Part shown: piece after piece, positions 56,366-64,000 of the stretch
Layout: every line of letters begins with the position of its first letter
How positions within the stretch are numbered: the first letter of the stretch is position 1
Source: Tenericutes bacterium ADurb.Bin239
GTDB taxonomy: Bacteria; Bacillota_I; Bacilli_A; RFN20; CAG-826
NCBI GenBank assembly: GCA_002069815.1
Contig: MWCB01000001.1
Coordinates: 1,786-65,785 of the forward strand
Direction: 5' to 3'
DNA: 64,000 nt
Program-made: the position numbers and the translations under genes
The notes under the pieces: model-generated
Told to the model about the DNA's origin: nothing
Database searches by the model: none
The model's input: the letters and a program-made list of their open reading frames with translations, nothing else

Positions 56366-57496
56366 ATGGCAAAAGAGTTAATCGCAATGATTTTAGCGGG
56401 AGGAAAAGGTACGCGTCTCTACGAGCTGACACGAAAAGACGCTAAACCTGCCGTCCACTTCGGCGGGAAGTATCGTATTATTGACTATGCTTTAAGTAAC
56501 TGTGCTCATAGCGGGCTTGATACGGTTGGAGTCTTAGCGCAATATGAATCAATTAGTCTTAGTCGCTATATTGGTAATGGCGAAAAATGGGGATTAAACG
56601 GGGTTCGCAGTAATACCGTCACTATCCCACCCCGTCAAACTGAAAGTGGCAGTAACTGGTTTATTGGAACGGCCGACGCGATTTACCAAAACCTGGAATT
56701 TATTGATTCTTATGATCCAGAAAACGTTCTTATTTTAAGTGGTGACCATATTTATCGGATGGATTATTCAAAGATGCTAGAAACACACTTACATAATAAT
56801 GCTGATTTAACGATTGCGGTTATTGATGTCACCCTAGAAGAAGCGAAGCGTTTTGGCATTCTAAGCGCTGATGAAAATGATCGGATTACCGAGTTTGTGG
56901 AAAAACCGCCCAAACCGAAATCAACATTAGCGAGTATGGGTATTTATATTTTTAACTATAAAGTACTAAGACAAGCACTAGTTAATGACGCTAAAGATGA
57001 AAAAAGTGATCATGACTTTGGTAAAAATATTATTCCAACTATGTTAGCGAAAAAGAAACGACTTTTTGTCCACCGCTTTAAAGGATATTGGAAAGATGTG
57101 GGTACGGTTGATTCTTTATGGGAAGCTAATATGGATTTAATCGAGATGATGGATGAAGATTTCTACGCTGGTGATAAACATTACTTTCGACTTTTTAGCG
57201 AAGACACGAACAGTGTTCCCCAATATATTGGCAAAAAAGCGAAAGTGACCAATAGTGTGGTTAACCAAGGCGCTATTATTTTAGGAACAGTGGACGGTTC
57301 AATTATTTCAAACGAAGTGTTTATTGAAGTGGGCGCAGTGGTTAAAGATAGTGTAATCATGCCTGGTGTTACCGTGGGACGTAATGCCTTTATTAATAAG
57401 GCGATTGTCGCCAATGATTTAATAGTTCCCGATGATATGCAGATAAATGTTGCGGGTGAGAAAGTATTACTCGTCCATGAAGGAGTAGTGAAATGA
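56366..57496 (+). CDS. glgC: Glucose-1-phosphate adenylyltransferase, catalytic subunit
   Basis: Start re-picked at MAKELIAMILAGGKGTRL after a GGGGGAAG RBS, giving 376 aa. Motifs are GGKGTRL, GTADA and a C-terminal left-handed beta-helix. Confidence 0.9.
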   Translation: MAKELIAMILAGGKGTRLYELTRKDAKPAVHFGGKYRIIDYALSNCAHSGLDTVGVLAQYESISLSRYIGNGEKWGLNGVRSNTVTIPPRQTESGSNWFIGTADAIYQNLEFIDSYDPENVLILSGDHIYRMDYSKMLETHLHNNADLTIAVIDVTLEEAKRFGILSADENDRITEFVEKPPKPKSTLASMGIYIFNYKVLRQALVNDAKDEKSDHDFGKNIIPTMLAKKKRLFVHRFKGYWKDVGTVDSLWEANMDLIEMMDEDFYAGDKHYFRLFSEDTNSVPQYIGKKAKVTNSVVNQGAIILGTVDGSIISNEVFIEVGAVVKDSVIMPGVTVGRNAFINKAIVANDLIVPDDMQINVAGEKVLLVHEGVVK

Positions 57497-58608
57497 AAGT
57501 TTTAGCGTATTTAAATTTACACCATTCGCCACGACTTGGACCCCTGACTGTTAGTCGTTCAAGTGCGGTTGTTAGTTTCCTTGGTCGGTATGCGATTATG
57601 GACTTTATGTTGAGTAACTTCAGTAACTCAGGGTTTGACCGCGTCGCTACTTTAGTTGATAATCATCCTGATTCCGTCTTGAAACATTTTGGTAGTCGTA
57701 ATACATTTAATATTAACACTAAGCTTGGTTTAGAAATAATCGCTTATAACGAAAGTGGATCAAAAGCTGGTCCACGCTATAACACGGATGTTGCTAATAT
57801 TCTCTTTAATAGTTGGATTTTAGAGCAAACCGATCCTGATTATGTTGTGGTCGCTCCTAGTTATTTTGTGTTACCACTTGATTTTCGGCCAATCTTAAAA
57901 CAACATATGGCGAATAAATCAAAAGTAACCGCGGTCTATCAGCGTGTTTACAATGCACGTAATGAATACATTGGTCGTTCTATTTTTGATTTGAACACAG
58001 ATGGTCATGTTATTAATATTTCCCGAAACAAAGGAGAGAAGGATGAACGAAATATCGGCTTAGAAACATATATTTTCTCACGCGATGCTTTTGAACTTTT
58101 AATTAAAGATGCCCAAAAAATTAGTTCATTTTATACCCTTAGTGATATTGTTGCCTATCACGCCCTTAAAGACTTACGGGTTGATACTTATGAATATCTT
58201 GGTTATATGCGCTGTTTTGATAGTTACCAACATTACTACGATTATAGTTTTGAACTTCTTAACTATCGAATCCGGCGACAACTCTTTTTACCGCATTGGC
58301 CGATTTACACCGTAACCCATGATACGCCCCCCGCGAAGTATGAAGCAACCGCTGATGTTAATAATGCTTTTATCGCTAATGGTTCGTTAATTTGTGGGAC
58401 CATTCGGAATGCAATTATTTCGCGGAACGTTAAAGTTGAAGAAGGCGCAGTTGTGGAAAATTCGATTATCTTTACTGATTCCATTGTTCGCCGCAATAAA
58501 ATAATTAGTCACGCTATTATCGATAAGCAAGCCGAAGTCGCGGTTGCCGCTGAATTAGCGGGAACCCCTGATGATATCATTTATGTACGGAAAGGAGATC
58601 GAGTGTAA
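57493..58608 (+). CDS. glgD: Glucose-1-phosphate adenylyltransferase, GlgD regulatory subunit
   Basis: 371 aa. A GlgC paralog that lacks the GGxGxRL motif, overlaps glgC (ATGA), and sits in the Firmicute glgC-glgD-glgA order. Confidence 0.8.
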   Translation: MKVLAYLNLHHSPRLGPLTVSRSSAVVSFLGRYAIMDFMLSNFSNSGFDRVATLVDNHPDSVLKHFGSRNTFNINTKLGLEIIAYNESGSKAGPRYNTDVANILFNSWILEQTDPDYVVVAPSYFVLPLDFRPILKQHMANKSKVTAVYQRVYNARNEYIGRSIFDLNTDGHVINISRNKGEKDERNIGLETYIFSRDAFELLIKDAQKISSFYTLSDIVAYHALKDLRVDTYEYLGYMRCFDSYQHYYDYSFELLNYRIRRQLFLPHWPIYTVTHDTPPAKYEATADVNNAFIANGSLICGTIRNAIISRNVKVEEGAVVENSIIFTDSIVRRNKIISHAIIDKQAEVAVAAELAGTPDDIIYVRKGDRV

Positions 58609-60044
58609 TGAAAATACTAATGGTGGCAAGTGAAAGTAGTCCACTTGCGAAAACAGGTGGTTTAGCCGATGTCGTCTATGCTCTAAGTAAAGAGTTAGCA
58701 ATCCTTGGTGAAGAAGTAAGTATTGTCATGCCTTTTTACGCGAATATTCGGCGCAGTCCTGATCAAGAAATTCGTTTTTTAGCTAATGTTCAAGTTCCAC
58801 TTGGATGGCGCTTCCAAAATGCAAAGGTCTATAAAACCTTCATTGATGGTATTACCTTCTATTTAATTGAAAATGAATACTATTTTGGTCGTGAAGGATT
58901 TTATGGATATGATGATGATACCGAACGATTTGCCTTCTTTAGTGTGGCGGTCCGTAATATGCTCCAAACTCTTAAAATAAAACCTGATGTCCTGCATATT
59001 CATGATTATCACGGGGGTATGATTCCGGCCTTGATTAAAATTCAAAACGCGAAAATGCGTTTCTTTAGTAAGATGAAATTTGTGGTTACGATTCATAACC
59101 CGGCTTTCCAAGGCGAATTCCATCCTGATTTACTTCCTGACTTTTATGATATTCGCAAAGAATACTTTGAAGATGGGACGCTTCGTTACCGCGATAAAGT
59201 TAACGCTTTAAAAGCGGCCATTGTGTTTGCCGATAAGATTAATACCGTTAGTCCCACCCACGCGCAAGAATTATTAACCCCTGAAGGTTCAAAAGGGTTA
59301 GACGGTATTTTAAAATTACGGAAAGATGATTTTGTGGGGATCCTTAACGGAATCGATTACGATGAATTTAATCCGTCCACGGATAAACACATTCCGTTTC
59401 GGTATGGGAAAACAAAACCGGGGGTCAAAGCTAAAAACAAAGTTAAACTTTTTGAAGAACTCCGTATTAAGGGAGATGAGAATACACCGCTATTTGCCAT
59501 GGTAACGCGATTAACCTGGCAAAAAGGCATTGATTTAGTCATTCCCGCGATTGTTGAAGTACTGGAGCAGGGCGCTAATGTTGTGGTTGTGGGTAGTGGC
59601 GAATATGGGTATGAGCAAGCGCTTGAACAACTTCGGGACCGTTATCCTGATAATATGGCGATCTACATTGGCTATAACAATCCCTTAGCCCATCGTGTGT
59701 ATGCGGCTAGCGATTTCTTCTTTATGCCAAGCCTTTTTGAACCGTGCGGGATCGGCCAAATGATTGCGCAACGTTATGGTTCCCTTCCCATTGTCCGCAC
59801 TACCGGTGGACTTAAGGATACAGTGATAGGGTATGATGGCACTAATGCTGATGTCGCTGATGGCTTTATCTTTGATAATTATGATGAGTACTGGATGAAA
59901 CTTACGACCAATTATGCCCTTGAACAATATAAGAACCCCGAAGTCTTTAAAGAACTTCGGAAAAATGCAATGAATAAAAATAACGACTGGGCCGAAGCTG
60001 GAAAAAGGTACCTCGCTCTCTATGAAAGTATTGTAAATCCATAA
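58608..60044 (+). CDS. glgA: Glycogen synthase (ADP-glucose type)
   Basis: 478 aa with N-terminal SESSPLAKTGGLADV and the C-terminal GT5 motif EPCGIGQM. Confidence 0.95.
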   Translation: MKILMVASESSPLAKTGGLADVVYALSKELAILGEEVSIVMPFYANIRRSPDQEIRFLANVQVPLGWRFQNAKVYKTFIDGITFYLIENEYYFGREGFYGYDDDTERFAFFSVAVRNMLQTLKIKPDVLHIHDYHGGMIPALIKIQNAKMRFFSKMKFVVTIHNPAFQGEFHPDLLPDFYDIRKEYFEDGTLRYRDKVNALKAAIVFADKINTVSPTHAQELLTPEGSKGLDGILKLRKDDFVGILNGIDYDEFNPSTDKHIPFRYGKTKPGVKAKNKVKLFEELRIKGDENTPLFAMVTRLTWQKGIDLVIPAIVEVLEQGANVVVVGSGEYGYEQALEQLRDRYPDNMAIYIGYNNPLAHRVYAASDFFFMPSLFEPCGIGQMIAQRYGSLPIVRTTGGLKDTVIGYDGTNADVADGFIFDNYDEYWMKLTTNYALEQYKNPEVFKELRKNAMNKNNDWAEAGKRYLALYESIVNP

Positions 60045-60057
60045 ATATGGTATAATT

Positions 60058-60207
60058 TGCGTGCGAGTGAAGAATAAATAACTTAGTGTTAAGTTATGTC
60101 TCACCTTCAGTTATCTCGCTGTGACCTAGCATTAATAGGAAATGAAGTAATAAAATAAGGTGGTACCGCGGACTTTCCGCCCTTAGGTAACACCTTTTAT
60201 TTTTGGA
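60058..60207 (+). promoter_or_regulatory. T-box leader (tRNA-Leu responsive) of leuS, preceded by an extended -10 promoter (TGGTATAAT near 60048-60056)
   Basis: Stem I is GCGAG...CTCGC with the candidate specifier CUC-A. The conserved T-box sequence is AAGGUGGUACCGCGG at about 60147-60161. The terminator arm is AAGGTG...CACCTT followed by TTATTTTT, then a GGAGG RBS and the ATG at 60217. Confidence 0.85.
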
Positions 60208-60216
60208 GGTAGGAGT

Positions 60217-62616
60217 ATGGCCTATGATTTTAGAGCCGCGGAGAAGAAGTGGCAAAAATATTGGGAAGAAAATCACACATTTCATACTGACATGTATGAC
60301 TTTAGTAAACCAAAGTATTACGTGTTAGATATGTTTCCGTATCCTTCGGGTGACGGACTTCATGTTGGGCATGTTGAAGGTTATACCGCTACTGATATTG
60401 TGGCCCGCTTTAAACGGATGCAAGGATATAATGTTCTCCATCCTATCGGTTTTGATGCTTTTGGCTTACCCGCGGAACAATATGCGATACGCACTAACAA
60501 TCACCCCGCCATTTTTACGAATGAGAATATTATTAATTTTCGCCGACAATTGAAGGCCCTTGGATTTAGTTATGACTTCAGTAAAGAAATATCGACAAGT
60601 GATCCCCATTATTACAAATGGACCCAATGGATTTTTACTGAACTATTTAAAAGTGATTTAGCTTATGTTGATAATATCCCCGTTAATTTTTGTCCAGAAC
60701 TTGGTACAGTACTCGCTAATGAAGAAGTGATTGACGGTAAAAGTGAAGTCGGTGGTTTCCCTGTCATTCGCAAACCAATGCGGCAGTGGTTGTTACGCAT
60801 TACGGAGTACGCTGAACGTCTCCTTACCGATTTAGAAGGCCTTCTTTGGCCTAGTTCGACGGTTGATATGCAAAAAAACTGGATTGGTAAAAGTGAAGGA
60901 ACGATTATTACTTTTAAAGTAGCGGGCACTAAACATACGTTTGCTGTTTTTACGACACGTGTCGATACACTTTATGGTGCGACTTATGCGTGTCTAGCGC
61001 CTGAACATCCGCTTGTGTTAAAGGTCGTGAGTAAAGCACAAAAAGCGGAAGTAAAAAAATATTTAGAAGCCGCGACTCGTAAGAGTGATTTGGAACGAAC
61101 CGAACTTAATAAGGATAAAACTGGGGTTTATCTCGGGGTGAACGCTATTAATCCGATCAATGATAAAGAAATTCCGTTGTATGTTGCCGATTATGTGTTA
61201 GGGTCCTATGGAGAAGGGGCAGTGATGGCGGTACCTGCTCATGACGAACGTGATTATGAATTTGCTAAACGCCACAATTTGCCAATGGTCCAAGTTTTAG
61301 CCGGTGATATTAGTGAAAAGGCTTTTATTGATGATGCCCCTCATATTAACAGTCCGCTTATTAATGGCTTAAATATCGAAGATAGCAAGCAAGTCCTTAA
61401 CGCTCATTTAGCTAAATTAGGATTAGGGAAAGCAACCACCAATTATAAATTACGCGATTGGTTATTCTCCCGGCAACGGTACTGGGGTGAACCAATTCCA
61501 ATTATGATTGATGAAAAGGAGAACTTTATCCCTGTCCCCTTAAAAGATTTACCGCTTACTTTGCCCCTACTTACGGAATATAAGCCAAGCGGGACGGGTG
61601 AATCACCCTTAGCGCTTGCCACTGATTGGGTCAATACGACATATAAAGGTAAAAAGGTTAAACGCGAAACAAATACGATGCCGCAGTGGGCGGGCTCTTG
61701 TTGGTATTATATTCGTTATTTAGATCCCCATAATGATAAAGCAATTGCCGATCCCAAACTAATTAAGCACTGGTTACCCGTTGACCTTTATATTGGGGGT
61801 GCTGAACATGCGGTCTTGCACTTACTTTACGCGCGTTTTTGGCATAAATTTTTATATGACAAAGGAATAGTAAATACGAAAGAACCATTTACTAGACTAT
61901 TCCATCAAGGAATGATTCTAGGAGAAAACGGCGAAAAGATGTCAAAATCACGGGGTAATGTTGTTAATCCGGATGAGATTATCGCTGAATATAGCGTTGA
62001 CGCGCTCCGGCTATATGAAATGTTTATGGGCCCACTTGAGGCAAGCTTGCCGTGGTCAAATACTGGGTTAGAAGGAGCGCTTCGCTTCTTAAATCGAGTG
62101 GCCCGAATTGCTAGTGATGAATTTCCAGTACCGCTTGTTCAAACAAATAGCGGCGAGTTAGATTACTCGTATCATTACACTGTAAAAAAAGTTACTGAAG
62201 ATTATGAAAAACTTGCATTTAATACGGCGATTGCCCAAATGATGATCTTCGTTAATGATATGTATAAGGCTAAAGAAGTTTATATCCCTTATTTTATCGG
62301 GCTCATTAAATTACTTTATCCAATTGCGCCCCATCTTGGCGAAGAACTCTATTCAAAATTTGTTGATGTTGCTACGATTACTTATGAAGCGTGGCCAACA
62401 TATAGTGCGGCTAAGTTAGTCGTCAATGAAGTCGCGATTGCTGTTCAAGTTAACGGTAAACTTCGTGCGACGATTACGGCGAAACTAAATGAGAGTAAAG
62501 AAACCTTAGAAAAATTGGCGTTGAATCATGAAAATGTCATTCGCTTTACCGAGGGTTTAACAATAAAACGTATAATTGTAGTCCCGAATAAAATCATTAA
62601 TATCGTCGTTTCTTAA
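60217..62616 (+). CDS. leuS: Leucine--tRNA ligase
   Basis: 799 aa with a HIGH-type motif (LHVGHVEGY), KMSKS and a CP1 editing-domain insert. Confidence 0.95.
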   Translation: MAYDFRAAEKKWQKYWEENHTFHTDMYDFSKPKYYVLDMFPYPSGDGLHVGHVEGYTATDIVARFKRMQGYNVLHPIGFDAFGLPAEQYAIRTNNHPAIFTNENIINFRRQLKALGFSYDFSKEISTSDPHYYKWTQWIFTELFKSDLAYVDNIPVNFCPELGTVLANEEVIDGKSEVGGFPVIRKPMRQWLLRITEYAERLLTDLEGLLWPSSTVDMQKNWIGKSEGTIITFKVAGTKHTFAVFTTRVDTLYGATYACLAPEHPLVLKVVSKAQKAEVKKYLEAATRKSDLERTELNKDKTGVYLGVNAINPINDKEIPLYVADYVLGSYGEGAVMAVPAHDERDYEFAKRHNLPMVQVLAGDISEKAFIDDAPHINSPLINGLNIEDSKQVLNAHLAKLGLGKATTNYKLRDWLFSRQRYWGEPIPIMIDEKENFIPVPLKDLPLTLPLLTEYKPSGTGESPLALATDWVNTTYKGKKVKRETNTMPQWAGSCWYYIRYLDPHNDKAIADPKLIKHWLPVDLYIGGAEHAVLHLLYARFWHKFLYDKGIVNTKEPFTRLFHQGMILGENGEKMSKSRGNVVNPDEIIAEYSVDALRLYEMFMGPLEASLPWSNTGLEGALRFLNRVARIASDEFPVPLVQTNSGELDYSYHYTVKKVTEDYEKLAFNTAIAQMMIFVNDMYKAKEVYIPYFIGLIKLLYPIAPHLGEELYSKFVDVATITYEAWPTYSAAKLVVNEVAIAVQVNGKLRATITAKLNESKETLEKLALNHENVIRFTEGLTIKRIIVVPNKIINIVVS

Positions 62617-62678
62617 ATAATATATTAGAATAATATAGGCACGTTACTTAGTTAACTAAGAATGTAGCGGAGGTAGTT

Positions 62679-63446
62679 ATGAATTTAACGATTGACATTG
62701 GCAACAGTGTAATTGGTCTTGCTCTTGTTGCTGACGGTGAAGTTGTCGAAGCTTATAGTGTGGAAACAAGAAAAGCCGAACAACTTGATTTTTATTTAGT
62801 TACTTTTAAAAATCTCTTAGGCGATTATATTAAAAAGGATATTGTTAAAGGCGCTATTATTGCTAGCGTCGTTCCCCGTCTTACCTTAATGATTAAAGAA
62901 GCAGTGACGCGCCTTTTTAACGTTACGCCGTTAATTGTCGGTCCTGGTGTTAAAAATGGCCTCGTTTTAAAAGTTGATCATCCCCTTGAAGTTGGGGCCG
63001 ATATTGTAGCTTGCGGAGTGGGAGCTTATAAGTTTGGGAGTGGTCCTTTTATCATCATTGATTTAGGAACGGCTAATAAATATATTTACGTTGATGATAA
63101 ACGGGTCTTCCATGGTGTCGCCATCAGCGCTGGTATTAAAGTAGCATTTGAAGGCCTTGTTCAAAGCGCTGATCAATTATTAATTGTTCCATTTGTAATG
63201 CCAAATAAAGTTCTTGGCAAAAATACGAAAGACGCTCTCGCAAGTGGTGCGTTGAATGGTTTATTAAGTGAAATGAACGGATTTGTTAGTCTCATAAAAG
63301 AAGAAGTTGGAGGTAATCCGAAGGTCTTATTAACGGGTGGTAATGCGCTTTATATCCACGATTACATTGATAAATGCTTTAAATATATCCCCCATTTAGT
63401 GCATTACGGTTTAAATGAGATTTTGGTAAAGAACTATGCAAAATAA
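62679..63446 (+). CDS. coaX: Type III pantothenate kinase
   Basis: 255 aa with LTIDIGNS, IIDLGTA and the ASKHA-fold pattern typical of CoaX. Confidence 0.85.
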   Translation: MNLTIDIGNSVIGLALVADGEVVEAYSVETRKAEQLDFYLVTFKNLLGDYIKKDIVKGAIIASVVPRLTLMIKEAVTRLFNVTPLIVGPGVKNGLVLKVDHPLEVGADIVACGVGAYKFGSGPFIIIDLGTANKYIYVDDKRVFHGVAISAGIKVAFEGLVQSADQLLIVPFVMPNKVLGKNTKDALASGALNGLLSEMNGFVSLIKEEVGGNPKVLLTGGNALYIHDYIDKCFKYIPHLVHYGLNEILVKNYAK

Positions 63447-64000
63447 AAAGAAACTAATTCATAACATAGCAATTGATGCTTTATTTATCACTATCATTTT
63501 AGTGATGGGTCTAGTTCCGTATCTAGGCTTTATTAGTATTGGAAATATTTCGGCCACTATCTTACCAATCCCTGTTATTCTTGGCGCAGCGCTTTTAGGA
63601 CCAAAACGTGGGGTTCTTTACGCATTTGTATTTGGTGTATCTTCCTTTTTAATTGCCATTTTACGACCAACAGGGGCCGATGCTTTATTTATTGATCCGC
63701 TTATTAGTATTGTACCGCGGGTTCTGTTTGGCATTATTATTGGTTTAATCGCTTGGCCGATTTTTAGAGATAAAGTTAGTTTTAAGACTAAAAGATTCGT
63801 TGTCTTTCCTTTTTCAGGAATGGCCATGATGATTCATTCAACTCTCGTCTTAACGATGATTTATATTCGCTATATTGATGATTTTAACAAATTTATATTG
63901 CCAGTCCTCGTGCCCATTGTGCTAGTGGAAACACTGTTTGCTATGATTGTTGTACCAGTTTTATATAATGCCTTATATCTCCCGTTTGAAAATGCAAAGT
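63436..64000 (+). CDS. ECF-transporter substrate-specific (S) component, possibly pantothenate (PanT-like); 3' end outside the window
   Basis: Not in the ORF track because no stop lies within the window. The ATG at 63436 overlaps the coaX stop. The translation MQNKKKLIHNIAIDALFITIILVMGLVPYLGFI... is a ~6-TM small integral membrane protein typical of ECF S components. Confidence 0.6.
   Translation, partial: MQNKKKLIHNIAIDALFITIILVMGLVPYLGFISIGNISATILPIPVILGAALLGPKRGVLYAFVFGVSSFLIAILRPTGADALFIDPLISIVPRVLFGIIIGLIAWPIFRDKVSFKTKRFVVFPFSGMAMMIHSTLVLTMIYIRYIDDFNKFILPVLVPIVLVETLFAMIVVPVLYNALYLPFENAK

Noticed and set aside
59685-60104. 139 aa ORF on the - strand.
   Set aside because: It is antisense to the well-supported glgA, and its translation resembles no known domain.
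60094-60285. 63 aa - strand ORF.
   Set aside because: It overlaps the leuS T-box leader and the leuS start, so it is explained by the leader RNA.
1-64000. Scanned for CRISPR arrays, IS/transposase or integrase genes, rRNA, and prophage structural genes.
   Set aside because: I saw no regularly spaced direct repeats and no ORF with DDE/transposase, tyrosine/serine recombinase, capsid or terminase-like motifs. Absence is by eye only and should be confirmed with dedicated tools.

Overview
This is an AT-rich (mid-30s % GC by eye), gene-dense chromosomal segment from a low-GC Bacillota/Mollicutes-like bacterium. It uses the standard genetic code: TGA acts as a stop at several ATGA stop/start junctions. 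The wall-less-lineage look rests on a PASTA-less Ser/Thr kinase, many lipobox lipoproteins and no cell-wall genes; this is inference only.

Most of the window is housekeeping:
- rdgB and two tandem mgtE genes
- trxA, glpK, addBA, ppa, trmL and gmk
- the conserved priA...rlmN-prpC-prkC-rsgA-rpe...rpmB cluster
- glgCDA, a T-box-controlled leuS, and coaX
- three tRNA genes: Gly-CCC, Gly-UCC and Asp-GUC

Accessory-looking content:
1. A jetABC/mksFEB-like kleisin-KITE-SMC operon (50061-55487) has no JetD/MksG nuclease. A 2-TM protein follows instead.
2. That operon is divergently paired with a two-gene cassette (48415-49934): a 357 aa helical protein plus a small 2-TM membrane protein.
3. A paralog of the 357 aa protein is translationally coupled to the end of addA (32556-33644).
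4. A c-di-AMP (ydaO-type) riboswitch precedes a CPA2 antiporter and a PII-like gene.
5. A three-gene surface-protein operon (5013-11723) shares Fn3-like modules.
6. A 5 kb block is bracketed by duplicated tRNA-Gly genes with matching 3' flanks.
7. A catalytically degenerate RsmB homolog sits in the rsmB position.

I recognised no CRISPR array, transposase, integrase or rRNA. CDS coordinates follow the ORF track, with some starts re-picked. Hand-derived coordinates for RNAs, terminators and repeats may be off by 1-2 nt. Family names are recalled from motifs and architecture, not from searches.
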